A DNA stretch of 64,000 nucleotides, taken from positions 1,116,001 to 1,180,000 of the forward strand of contig JBLDXI010000026.1 in the NCBI GenBank assembly GCA_047495785.1, written 5' to 3'. Of this stretch, positions 1 to 12,054 are shown piece after piece. The translations under genes and the position numbers were made by a program. The notes under the pieces are model-generated. The model had not been told where the DNA came from. It made no database searches and worked only from the letters and a program-made list of their open reading frames with translations. The stretch comes from Lepidodermella squamata (taxonomy: Eukaryota; Animalia; Gastrotricha). Within the stretch, counting starts at the first letter, position 1; each line of letters begins with the position of its first letter.

Positions 1-530
1 CAGCTTGTAGGCAGCGACGATTAACCATGAAGAAAGGCAGACCGAGCCCACAATTGCAACGGCAGCCATGATCATGGTGACTATTAGCAAAAAAAATATG
101 AAAAAAAAATAAAAAATTAGAGGAATTTGATTGTACCTGTTCTCGGCGAAAAACAGCAAGCTATGATAGATACAATCGTGATATCGAAAACTATAATGGT
201 TATCGTAAAGCCAAAACCGAATTCTAGGAAATACTTCATGTTTTTCGCATCATGATCCGGCTCCAAAGTAGTTGAAATACCGCTGGAATCAATCGATGAG
301 AAATTACTCGAAGGCATTAGGGTCGATGTTCCGACTACTGCACTTGGTTTACTCGTGAAAACTGCGAAAAAATTGAGCAGGTACAAGTTGTAACAGGCAA
401 TTCCTAAAACGATGGCAAGCAGGAAAATGTCCAGAGATTTGACGATGATAGCCATTTTTCGGAACGTTGAAATGTGAGGATCGCAGCTCGACGACTTGCG
501 GCAACAAAAAGCGCAACATTTCGGCGCCAT
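1..530 (-). CDS. Small multi-pass membrane protein of unknown family, 5' part (runs off the window start)
   Basis: ATG at 530 (MAPKCCAFCC...), two hydrophobic segments, a GT-AG intron at 136-81, then an in-frame hydrophobic exon (VTMIMAAVAIVGSVCLSSWLIVAAYKL). Confidence 0.55.
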
Positions 531-918
531 AATGCGATGGCCTCGAGAAAAAAATTCATTTTCATTACGCGAATTTGTTAAGGAGGATTTTTTCATTTTT
601 TAAATTTCCCGTTATTTTTGTTTTTTGTTTACGTCCGTTATTTTATATAGGGCGATCTAATTTATTTCATTCGATCAGCGTTGGTTATTGTTATTATAGG
701 ATATAGAATGATGCAACGCACTGGAAGCGCGTGATTTTTTTCGTAACTGAAGAATTATTACGGCAGCAATCATCTAATATCCGCTGAGGGCGAAACGTAT
801 ACAAAAGGTGTTTTCAATTTGATACGAGGTGAATCACGAGTGCTCACCAATATGGGAGTTATTGCTCGCTTATAAATCCCCAGCCAAAGTTCTTATTCGT
901 CGGTAAAAATCATAAAAA

Positions 919-3900
919 ATGCAGAATTTCGTAAGTTTTCAAAAATCATTTGACTATGATTTTAAAAAGTTAGCTTTTTTAGACCGGTGACTGCAAAGCT
1001 GTGAATGAGTTATCGGACCCCATCGAACAGTGTTTATTCATCCACGTGAGCTGTAAAAAATTTAAATAAGAAATATTCAAAAAATTTCACAAATTGAAGA
1101 AAAATCTCGCCTGTGCGCTTTCCAGCGGCTTTTTCAACTACTCTGCTTGGCTCTATTGCGGTTTCCAAGGAACTGGTCTTCGGCTGTTCGGCATAATGCT
1201 ATTCGTAAATCCATATTACAGCAATTTTACGTGATTTTTCTTATTTTTCGCAGATTTTTCTACTTTGCTTCCTGCTGATGTGTCTCGCAATAACTTCGGA
1301 TCAAATGTAAGCAAATTATCCTGTGTTATTTTCAGAATTTTACTTGAATATTTCCAGACTAACTCCAAACTTATCGGCCATTGCTCAAACTCTTCAACTC
1401 AGGTTAAAGAAATATTTTCAAACTTAATTCGATTTTTAATTACTCGAAATTTTTCAGTGAAAACATTGCGGTAAAATCTGGCGTTAAAATTTTCCTCCTT
1501 TTCGATTATCAGACTATACTGCTATTAGGGCGAAACTTTGCTACCATTCGGCTCAGGAGCCGGTGATATTTTCACGTCGATAGCAGCTGTTACAGCGCTT
1601 CGAGACGGCGATCTCAGCTTGCTCTACGGCATGCAACTCGGTTCGGGAGCATTTGCTACAACTGTGATGATAGGTTCAATTGTGGCCATTCGACCTTTCA
1701 GAACCATGCACAGGCCTTTATTGCGAGTCATCATTTTCTACATGATCGCAATTTATTGGGGTAATAAAATTACTCCCTACTTTCTATAAGTAGGTCATCT
1801 CATGCGCCAAGATTATTTTAGTATATTTTTTCTCGAAATTCCGATAAAATTCACGATTGATCGTTTTCAGCTTATTTGCTGAACCTTTTCAGCATTTTTA
1901 GGAACCTAAGTAGAACTAAGTAGAACTTTCTCAAATAAATTGTAATTCTCGCAAATTTATATTTTCGCGATTTTCAGCTTTCTTTGTAATTTGGGATGGC
2001 AAAATCGACGTAGTCGAATCGTCAATTTTTCTCGTCCTTTATTTGATCTATTTCCTGACCGTTCTTGCCGGTCCGGCTATGAATTCCCTTCTCATTAAAT
2101 GGATGGCTAAAAGGCGTAGAAATCGGTGCGAAGAACGTCGAAAATCAGCCGCAAGTCAGCATTCAATCGGTATTTTTTCCTTTTTTTCTCAATATTTTCG
2201 ATAGTTTGATTGCTTCAGGTAAAACTCGAAGGAGAAGTAGCATAAAAATAGTCATTGACCCGGTTGGCGAAAATTTGCAAAACCCGACACCGACCCCGGA
2301 AATACCCGTGGTAATTACCGAACCGGAGCCGGGTATTTTACCGACAGCTCGGATGACTCTCGAACTTCCAACTGGTATGCGTTCGAAAACCAATTCGATG
2401 AACGCTTCAATTGGGCGAGATTTCAAACAAGCCGCCGCGGTTGCCAGCCTTAAAGTCGCCTCAGTTCAGCGGTCAAATTCGGCACGGCCGTACTCGCCCG
2501 GAGCTGAAATTACCGTCACAATACCACCCCGAGTTGTGAACCTAGAACGAAATACTTCGACGTATTCAACCTCAGAAAATCGATCGTTGAGTCGAGTTGC
2601 TAAATTAATCATTAGACAAGGTTCAACTTTGCATGAAAAGAAGCGGTTTAGAAAACGGGTTAGGCGGCCCATTTCATGCCCGGCGCCAGCTGACCAGGAT
2701 GAAGAATTTTCGAAGCTGGAAAATTTCCTAATTTTCGGCTCGTCATCTTCGTCAAGTTCTGATGATGATGAAATAAACGTTAATGCGGCCGAAAATTTGA
2801 ATCACCCTCGTCAAGCGAGAAAACGGCCTAGCAAGAGACGAGTTCGCAGGGTGGCTGAAACTACGGAAGGCATTCAACTGAGTCGAATGACTTCGAACCT
2901 ATCAACAAGTAGCGGCGGGCCTCACATGTCGTTCAGCGGCAGTATTTACACGAATTCTTCAACCCCGACACCTTCATCCGAAGCTCCAGCTGTCCTATCC
3001 CATCGGTTATCAATCGCGAATATTCCAACTTTGGATCCAGGTCAAAATGAAGCTGGCACCAATTTGGAACCTAATGATAATACTTCGAGAAATTTATTTC
3101 AAACTTTTCTTAATGGGCTGAACCCATTTGCAGCAGAGAGTTGGCTTATTGACAGCGTTTTCTGGCAATGTGTTCAAATTTTGAAGGTTCCAATCGTTTT
3201 TCTGGTGCTTTTGACGACTCCAGTGGTTGATGAGGAGAAGCCACTGATGAACTGGAACCGGCTGTTAAATAGTCTACACTGCATTACATCGCCTATGTTC
3301 ATCCTTGCAGCATCCAGGCGTAAGTTAATTTCGAAAAATTATTGAAAAAATCCATTTAATTTAAATTTTAGTATCCAGTGTTACCATTGGAAATTTTGTG
3401 CCAATGTGGGTTCCAGTTTCTGCTTCCGCAGCAATTTTCGGCGTAGTAGTTTTCTTCACTTCCGGCACAGATGCGAGGCCTAAATATCACTTTGTTAGTT
3501 TTGAATTTTCGCTAATTACCCTTAATTATTCAGATTTTTCAGATTTTTGCATTTATTGGATTCGCAACAGCTTCAGCTTGGATTTACATGATCGCAAATG
3601 AGGTCGTTAATTTGATTCAATGTTTCGGGTTGGTGCTGAATCTGAGCCAGGGCCTATTGGGACTCAGTCTTCTAACATGGGGCAACAGTATTGGCGACTT
3701 CATCAATTTTATCGCCGTCGCTAAACAGGGTTTCTCAAAAATGGCTATCAGCGCTTGCTACAGCGGCTCATTATTCAGTAAAAAATTAAAATGAAAAAAT
3801 TCAATTTGTAATTTATCGAATTTTAGACACCCTGTTAGGTCTTGGCGTTCCCCTGCTCATTATTTCAGTTAATCAAGGCGGTCAGGTTCAGGTAAAATTT

Positions 3901-4135
3901 AAATCAATTTTTTTCAACATTTCTCAATTTTTTCAATTAGGTTGTTATACCGGATATTTTGATGATTTTATTCGGATTTTTGGGATTCATCATCGCCACG
4001 TCTTTCATCGCGATACCCATAATACAAAATTTTCACCTCCGCCGGCCTTTTGCCATCTACCTGTTCTGCCTTTACGTTTGTTGCCTAGTTGCCGTTATTC
4101 TATCCGAATTTAAAGTCCTAAAATTGAAGCGATGA
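919..4135 (+). CDS. SLC8B1: NCLX/CCX-type sodium(lithium)/calcium exchanger, multi-exon
   Basis: Spliced product contains LTPNLSAIAQTLQLSENIA-GETLLPFGSGAGDIF (alpha1 repeat) and LGLSLLTWGNSIGDF...MAISACYSG (alpha2 repeat), plus WNRLLNSLHCITSP and C-terminal TMs ending LKLKR-stop at 4135. The start at 919 (MQNF|TGDCK) is inferred. Confidence 0.85.
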
Positions 4136-4168
4136 TATCTCACGTTTTATTTGCCAAATAAAATTTCG

Positions 4169-4884
4169 CTAAATAATGTTTGTCCATGCTAGCGATTTCG
4201 GCACGTGTTCGAGTGCGTTCTTATCGTCATTCCAGCTGTTTTGTTTGCTGATCACACAAATGACAACAGGTGCGCCGCGATGAGTGGTTCCGGCCGCGTT
4301 ATCGCTCTTCCGGACTAATAGCGCGTTAACAGCGGGCTGGTTTTGATTGATAAGAAAACCGAACCAAATCAAGACACCGATTGCCGCAAAAATAGCTCCT
4401 TGACAATGGAAAGATTACAATTTTTCAATTATTTTATGTAATTTTTAATACCGGTCACAGCGACCCTCTTAGCAGAAGCGAAGCCGTTATTAACAGAATT
4501 TTCAGAAATTTGATTGTTTGTTATTGAAATCGCAAGCACGAAAAGGCCGAAATCTGCGATATCGATCGCTAAATTTACGAAAATTCTATCGAATCGCCAC
4601 GTTGCCCATTGATCTTTAACTGCTGGCAATAAAAAAATAATTGAAAAAAATCGCGGTATTTTTCGACTTGAAATACCAATACGTAAATTTATGGCAATCA
4701 AAATTCCGCTTGTTAATCCGGCAAAGGTGAACGAGGTGAACAGGGCGAAAGTTGCCATTGCGTCATAATCTTGCACTGGACAAGCGATAATCCCTAGAAA
4801 CGCGAGAACAACTAAACACCCGTTCAAACTCGCATCTAAGCAGTCGATAACAGACTCAACAAACCGCACCTCAGTTTGTACCAT
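4169..4884 (-). CDS. Small ~4-TM membrane protein, unassigned (MARVEL-like topology)
   Basis: ORFs 4429-4884 and 4169-4372 can be joined through short AT-rich introns and give about four hydrophobic helices. Confidence 0.5.
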
Positions 4885-5098
4885 TTTACCTCAGCTTCAA
4901 GATGAAAGCAAAGAAAAAACAAGATTTTTTAAGGTGGATTTTTATTATTAAAATCAAAATTATGAATAAACGAAACAACGTGTTTCAAATATTTTTCGAT
5001 CAACAACGTGTGGCGCTTTGAATGAGAGAAAGCCATTTCGAATCATCAGCAAAATAATAAATAAACATGGGCATAATAATTTTTCAGACACCAAATGA

Positions 5099-6195
5099 TC
5101 ACGCCGAGAAACCTTCACCGAAACCGAATGAAGTGAACGCGGCGAATAGCGAGTTGCGGCGTTTTGTAGACACCTTGGCACACGACTTTTCCGAAATTTT
5201 GTAGCTCGAGCTTGGCGCAACTGTAATAGAAATTGCAAACAATTTATTATTTTGGTTCATCCTCTCAATTTCGCGGGTAAATTTACCTGAGAGGTTTGAC
5301 GTCGGCGTGATTGAGTAGCGCTTATTCGGGTGGCATGTCACCCGGCTGTTAACGGGCGGCACAGCCAGCGGCACGTTCTCCTTGTTGAGCCCGGCGCCGC
5401 TGCCGCCGCTGACAGGTGCTAGCAGCGGCGTTTGATTGCGCCGCCGCACTGTAACGAAACTGGCGGCAGGCGGCGCCGTCTTGTTGCCGGCTGATTGCGG
5501 GCTGCCGCTAATGGGCAGGACGGTGGCCAACGCGGCGGCGGACGGTTTTAGCTCGGCGAAATCCTCAGACACCCGGCCGGACTCGGGTACGGCGGGAAGG
5601 CCGTAAATCGAAGCGCGACGGAAACTCAATTTGAGAAGCTGAAAACAAAAATGGAAAAATTAATAAAAAACTTCAAAAATTCATAAAATAAGTTCATAAA
5701 TCTAGAAACAATTCTACGTAAAATCGGAAAATTCTAAATCGGAAAATTCTAAAAAATTTCAAAAATTTCAAAATTTCAAAATTTTACCTTTTGAGCATCG
5801 ATATCCACCCGATTGGTGACATTAGTGTGGCGAGTTTTCAGACTGGCCGGGGTGTGTTGAACGGTTGGCGGAGGCGGCGGCGGCATAACTAGGTCATCAT
5901 TGGAGCTGAAAAGCGGCGGGAAAAAGCCGCCCGGCAGCGATCGGCGGCTGGTGCCGCTCGACGAAAGGCGGGGCGATGCGGCTGATTCTTGGCTGTCGAA
6001 GACGGACGACGAATGAATCGACGTCATATCATCGGCGCCCATCGAAATGCAGGCGGTGGCGATGATGGCCGAGGCGGGTTTAACGCGGACTGATAAACGG
6101 AATGATCCGGACATTTCAACGAGAGAACGTCTTGCTTTTGAATAGAAAGATTCAGATTGATTGAGGTGGCGATGTTGATCTACGACTGTTGGCAT
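5099..6195 (-). CDS. Two-exon Ser/Pro-rich, low-complexity protein (~315 aa) with a KEN-box-like motif (NKENVP)
   Basis: Exons 6195-5787 and 5638-5099 join in frame through a GT...TTTTCAG intron (phase 0). Exons are GC-rich and the intron is AT-rich. Confidence 0.6.
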
Positions 6196-7010
6196 GTCGC
6201 GTTTATATACTACGGCACAAGTATCTAGAAAGGACGTAGTAAAGTAGGGACAATATTTTAAAGTGGGACTGGTGGCATATCGACGTCGTTCAACGGTGTA
6301 TGCGTGCGGGATTAAAGGCCTTGGAAGCGCTGATTTAGCGACGCTTCAAGAGCGGTGCGATGGGTTGTGAAGGCCTAGAGAGGCGCGCAGCTGTGAAATC
6401 TTAGCTGGAAAGGGCCAAAACTGGAGAATTAAGGCGGCTTAACGCAGTGTGCACCACGCCTTTATCGACGAGTAGTCGCCCGTCTGAGCACACACGTGGC
6501 GGGTAAACAAACAAATATAAGAACCGATATTGGAGGGGTAACTGCTATCAAGACGTTACTCCGGTGTTTATTATTTACAACCAGAGCGCACCGGAATTCA
6601 CGGCGTATACTTATTTTGTTTGGCAGTCAAACAACGACCAGTCAAAGCGGGCCGCTCGCGCGCGCAAATGATCGCGAAGCGCCGCGATTTTTCACTGCCG
6701 TTACGTCTTGTTGCGGCCTAATAGCAATACTGCTGATTCGACGAACACGCGCGCGTGACCTGCGTAACGCGTTGATACCCAGGTCATGTCAATGCGCACG
6801 CGCAAAATCACGGCCGTTATAATATCGAGTGGAGTAATTTGATGCTAATACCCAGCTGTTATTAAAAGTGCGCGCACTACTTGCGCAATAAAACCGTTGT
6901 GCGCGCTAATTTTCGATCATGCGTTAAAAATATTGCGACCCGCTATTATCACTTTATTGCTGCTTCGGTGAAGTGACTACCAAAATGACAACTTTACAGA
7001 CACATATCAA

Positions 7011-8223
7011 TCAACTGATCTCTTCGCGCTCATTCACGTGGTACTGGTCCCTAAATACGTTAAAAATTCTATATTTTCTCTCAATTTTCACCGTTTATTG
7101 TCACTTGGAGCAATTACAACTTGAATAGCGGGTAGGCGCCATCTTTTCTGGGGTTTAATGTTCATCGTAGACATGAAGGACGAAATTTTAACGGGCGCGG
7201 CTTCGCCGATTTCGAGCACCATTGCTACCTGGTAGTGGTCGACATCAAAGGCGATGCCGTCGCTCAATGCGTAATTCTCGCTATTTTTCGAGGTCGACTC
7301 GATTGCCGGCACAATAGGCGCTTTATCCGTCGCCTCGTAAGACAGCGCGATCATCATATTTGTCGTTACTTTGATCCTTTTCAAAATAAAAAAATTAAAA
7401 TTTCCGATGAATTTAAAAATGAATTTTTTCACCTGTCAGATTGTGGGACATCGTAGGTCACCCAACCCTTGGCGCCCGTTGTTTCGATTTTATTGACGCC
7501 GTCCCAATATAGTTCGTCGTTATCGATATGGACGAGATTGATGTAAAAAATTTGCCCACTTTCGGCATTTTCGTCAATATACTTCCATTGCACAATTTCG
7601 CCTTCACATGGCATCTAAAAATTATTGAAAAAAATTGAAATAAATTTTACAAATTTGAAATTTAATCTTACCGTCATATTGACAAAAATTTGTAAATTCG
7701 TGTTTGTTGTTACGAAAATCTATAAATAAAGTGGTAAATTTAATGGGAAAATACCGAAAATTGCGAAAAATACCGAAGGATCAGCCAGAGGACAAACACC
7801 CGTCACGCAGCTCCCACAAGAGGAATCTGATGTAACGTCCGATTTTTCTGAATTTTTCTGAGCAGGTTTGGCGCGGTCGATTTTCGAAATATCAAGCGAA
7901 ATTTCATTTTGCCTAGGATTTGTTTGGATATTTTTCGGGGTTTCGCCCGATTTTTTCGGCACGTTATTCGAGGCAGTTTTAGGCCGGTGAGCTTTTTCGT
8001 AGACAGACCACGCAAGTTTGATGTATTTAACCGTCGGCCGCGTGTAGTAGCCGGCGAGGAAGGCGAGCGCGATCCAGACAACCCAGGCGTATCGCCATCG
8101 CGAGAAGGTTGAAATTTGAAATTGGATGAAGGCGAACAGGCGCATGACGTTGGTATTGGCGTAGCGCCCAGCGTAGTGGTCGTCGTCATTGTCGTACCTA
8201 CTCTTGCCTGAGTGGAACACCAT
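7011..8223 (-). CDS. Multi-exon protein of unknown function with one N-terminal TM segment
   Basis: ORF pieces 7720-8223, 7429-7614 and 7088-7432 are separated by short GT-AG introns. The last exon reads RDQYHVNEREEIS-stop at 7011. TM segment WRYAWVVWIALAFLAGYY. Confidence 0.55.
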
Positions 8224-8917
8224 GCTTGATACCGGGTTGAATTGCGCTTTTTAACTGAGCTCAATGAGTCACCCTGGCTATGCACACCGTGCCCTTTTAC
8301 CGGGCTGAGGTAGAGAGTACGCTTTCAAAGTAGGCCGTCTGTCAGTTGTGTTGCTGTAATACGGAAAGGTTATTTCAATGACAGGATTGGCCCGATTCAT
8401 AAGCGAATGGATAAAGTAATGAGCGCTATTCTCGCTATAAAATTTGTTGCTGCTAAAAAAATACAACAAAATACCCACAATTTTATGAATATTCCGATTC
8501 ACTAAAATCACCAACAAATAACAGCCACGTATATGAAAATAATTTAAAAAAAAACCTCAGTGATTAAAGTGATGGAGATAAACGTCCGTAAAATCTCAGT
8601 CATTTGTTTTCCTCTCCTTTTTTATTAATTTCACTTTAATTTCACCAGGCACGCGGCAGCTTCAATTTTCGCGGCTTCAATATAGAGCGTGTCGTCTTTA
8701 GTAATCATCCAACACTCATTTCTGGCCCGAGCTGTCTTCGAGAGCAATTGAAGTTTTAATGAGAAAGTCGTATTTTGCTTGAAAAGCAATGCTATTTAAA
8801 TATTTATAGTAAGCAAAATTCGTTGTTTGGTCATTGACAATTCATCAGACGATTTGAGGTAAATTTCAAAACCCCATCAACATTTTTGAAGGCTGATTTT
8901 GCTATTGACACATGAAA

Positions 8918-9455
8918 CAGGGGCTCGCCCCTTAAATGTGGCTTGCCGCATTAAAATGGGTCCAAATTTTGGCACCGCTAAAAATGAGGTTCCAACACGA
9001 AATTTAAGCGTCCTGGCACTAAATTTGTCATATTCTTTGAGATTTCGGCGTTTTCGTTTTATGATCGATACAGATGATGGCCTCCCTGAACCTAGGATTT
9101 TTATTTTAGCTAACTGGCGTGCTAGGCTACGCAAGAAAAGTATCGATGTTGGGTTCCACGACGGATGATATCGGAAAAATCACTGATTTGCAAAATCGAT
9201 ACTCAAAATCGATATCGGTTCTGCAGGCTGAAGTATAACTCATAAACTGACCGCTCATATCGTAAAATACGCGTAGTATAAAGATCTATCGGTTAGGCAT
9301 TATGGCAAAATAATTAGATTCCAGAGAAGACATGAAACTCGAGAAAGCATATTTATAAGATATTTAGTGCCGAAGTGCTGGAACCCTAAATTTAGGGGGC
9401 AACTTGGCACACCCTTTAAAAATGCCCTAAATTGGGCGGCAAAAAAACAACCGTG
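8918..9455. mobile_element. Degenerate foldback/MITE-like element
   Basis: Imperfect inverted repeats, e.g. GGTTCCAACAC...GGCACTAAAT on the left versus ATTTAGTGCC...GTGCTGGAACC on the right. Ends are CAGGG / CCGTG. Confidence 0.4.
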
Positions 9456-9684
9456 TGTCATTTCACGTCAGCACGGCTGAACAAATGAGCTGATTTCCCT
9501 CCCTGTTCGAGCTGCTGTTAAAAACCGAGGGGGTCTCGACAATTTTAATTGAAAATAAGCCATCTTTCTTTTCACAACGTGACTACATTGCAGCCATCTC
9601 TGCTGCGACATTTTGTGGGAGGAGTTAAACATATACTAGTAGTCAATCCTACAACTTCAGTTTTAAATAATAAATCGCTTTCTC

Positions 9685-12054
9685 ATGCCGCGATACTTTT
9701 CGAGAGTTTTGTTCACTTTCTTGATAACAGGCTTTTTCCTTGTCGAGAGCCAAAATGTAACAAAAAGTCATAATTTGACCATAGCTGTCCTCCGGTCTTT
9801 CCTACAACCGCCACGGAACAGCAGATTTGTTAGAGTGACGATGCAAATGGCTGTGGATGCAGTCAACAGCAGACCAGATATCCTCCCGGGCTATCAACTC
9901 CAACTCGAATTCATCGAAGAAGCAATCAACGGCGATCAAGTCGTTACTCGATTTTTCGACTTTTTACGAAGGAACGAAAAGTCAATGTCAAACGTAGCTC
10001 CGCTAGTCTTAGGACCGTACTACGCCCCAGGTTGCTTGAAAGTCTCACCTCTAATAGCTCGTTTCAACATGATTCACGTGACCAATGGCTGTCCGCACCA
10101 GCTAATGACAGGAAATCGTCGGGAATTTCCAACAATTTTTCGCACAATGATACCTGCTGAGATGATCAACGTTGCCCAGGTGAAATTCATCAAAAATGTT
10201 GGAAAATGGCAAAATATCGCAATTTTATCGAATAATCTTGCGTCAAACTACGATCTCGCAAATGACTTCTACGCCCGAAGCATTAAGGTCGGGATAAATG
10301 TTTTATGGTATGACATCAACCCTATTGATTCAGAAACAGCTCCGTTGCTAGCCAAAACCAATGCAAGAATTTTTGTCATTGTAACCTCTGGGCCAATCGT
10401 CATCTACCGACACTTATGCGCGTTGTATAATTATGGTTTCCGAGGCCCGAAATACCTGTTCATTCTCCAGTCTGGGACGATAGGACTGATCGATCAATCA
10501 TTACTACCCCTAGGTTGCTCGGTTTCAATGGCTATCGAACAAGCAGCTCAGTCTATTTGGGTTGGATTCGCCCAGGAAGCTCCGATGAATTTTGGCCCAA
10601 CGGCAGTTGGTTACGATCTTGACTCGTTTGAGAAGGAGTTCGATCGTCGAACCAACAAGTCACGCTTACCCGACTACGAAAACCGACATCGAAATTTCGA
10701 CGAAGCTCTTCAGGGCATTTTGTCCCTTCATGAAGGGGAGAAGCTGCTCCAACGGAAAAACATGTCTTTGAGAGATTTCGGCCGTAATCCTGAAGCTGTT
10801 TTAGCCTCGGTGAAACAAGCCGCCGAAAGCATTCGTTTCAACTCCCTTCGAGCTGGGGAAGTCAAATATTCCGAAAGGATAGAATTTGATTTTGAGCCTC
10901 AATGGTTTTTGCTATACAATGATAGAGATAGGACGTTCAAACCATTTGGGAAAACTATTTTCACCGGGCAAGGTAGTCCTGATGATCCTGATAATCACAA
11001 CTTGACGCTTCTGGATGATGTTTCAGTTTGGTCGGATTTGAAAGATCAGCCTAATGTCTTCAGGGTGATGGACCATGTTCCGTTTTGGGTATTCGTATTA
11101 ACAGCTGTTTTTGCCACGTTACTGTCCGTTATGGAAATGACCCTGCTCAACACAACTAGATTTCTTGTTGGGGACGATCCTGCAAGCTCTTCGAAACAAA
11201 AACTTGGCAATGGAAAAAGATTCATGAATATAGGACTGATTTTTCTGAATATTGGCGCAATTTTCTTCGTACAACCTGAATTAAGACCAGGCTTTTGCTA
11301 TGTCCAGAGAATTTTCCTGGTGGCAGGGTTCAGCTTGCTAAATGGCTCATTATTCGGATTTATCCAACATTTCAGATCGAATCTGACGTTATTTTCGGTA
11401 GCAATTAGCGGTTCTATGCAGAACTTTTCGGTTGCAAGAACTAAAAGATCGCGGAAGAATAAAGCGAAGAAAACCGACGATTCCTGGCAATTCGATGCAA
11501 CCAAAATCGGCAACGCTAATACTGCAATCATCTCTGCGTTGGTGTCGCTGTTCCTTCAGGGAATAGCTGTGGCTGTTACGCTTGCTATTGGATCCTACAA
11601 AGTCGTTGTAGTCACAATGTACCCTAAACCTATTTACGATGAAGATTTAGACGCGGAATTCACGTATCTCTCCCGGCAATGTGAATCGTTACCTAATTAT
11701 GATATGTCTTGTGTCGTCGGTCTTGTTGGAGCAAATTTATTACTTCTCATCATTGGATCTTTCTTCGCTTATGAGGTCAGCGTTCAAGCTGGGCGGATTC
11801 TCAAAAATCCTGAGATTACGGAGATACAGCGTAGCTGGGTCATGGAAATTCGACTTTTCGTTTTGGCAATTTTCAATGTTCTAGGCATTTTCGTATCAGG
11901 GGTTGTTGTAGTTGCGATCATCAACAACTCGACGGCTTGGCGAAATTCAGGCCAAGCTATGCCAATTACTGTTGCAGCAGTGGCTTGTATCAGTTCATTT
12001 TCAACCGGAGCGATTATTTTCTGGCCAGCTATTGCTAAGGTTTTGAAGCGATGA
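9685..12054 (+). CDS. Intronless class C GPCR, GABA-B-receptor-like (Venus flytrap domain + 7TM, no cysteine-rich domain)
   Basis: 789-aa ORF with signal peptide, MAVDAVNSRPDILPGYQLQL and REFPTIFRT (ANF-receptor/VFT motifs), seven hydrophobic helices, TM3 and ECL2 cysteines, and TM7 IIFWP. Confidence 0.85.
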   Translation: MPRYFSRVLFTFLITGFFLVESQNVTKSHNLTIAVLRSFLQPPRNSRFVRVTMQMAVDAVNSRPDILPGYQLQLEFIEEAINGDQVVTRFFDFLRRNEKSMSNVAPLVLGPYYAPGCLKVSPLIARFNMIHVTNGCPHQLMTGNRREFPTIFRTMIPAEMINVAQVKFIKNVGKWQNIAILSNNLASNYDLANDFYARSIKVGINVLWYDINPIDSETAPLLAKTNARIFVIVTSGPIVIYRHLCALYNYGFRGPKYLFILQSGTIGLIDQSLLPLGCSVSMAIEQAAQSIWVGFAQEAPMNFGPTAVGYDLDSFEKEFDRRTNKSRLPDYENRHRNFDEALQGILSLHEGEKLLQRKNMSLRDFGRNPEAVLASVKQAAESIRFNSLRAGEVKYSERIEFDFEPQWFLLYNDRDRTFKPFGKTIFTGQGSPDDPDNHNLTLLDDVSVWSDLKDQPNVFRVMDHVPFWVFVLTAVFATLLSVMEMTLLNTTRFLVGDDPASSSKQKLGNGKRFMNIGLIFLNIGAIFFVQPELRPGFCYVQRIFLVAGFSLLNGSLFGFIQHFRSNLTLFSVAISGSMQNFSVARTKRSRKNKAKKTDDSWQFDATKIGNANTAIISALVSLFLQGIAVAVTLAIGSYKVVVVTMYPKPIYDEDLDAEFTYLSRQCESLPNYDMSCVVGLVGANLLLLIIGSFFAYEVSVQAGRILKNPEITEIQRSWVMEIRLFVLAIFNVLGIFVSGVVVVAIINNSTAWRNSGQAMPITVAAVACISSFSTGAIIFWPAIAKVLKR

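Noticed and set aside
2151-2218. Apparent GC donor (GCAAGT) in the exchanger gene
   Set aside because: The frame is restored only with the GT donor at 2155 and the TTCAG acceptor at 2218, so the intron is canonical.
6250-6950. CGCG-rich region and ORF 6496-6822, possibly E2F-like sites or a gene
   Set aside because: The ORF has no recognisable features and the motif matches are too degenerate; most likely promoter/UTR of the 5099-6195 gene.
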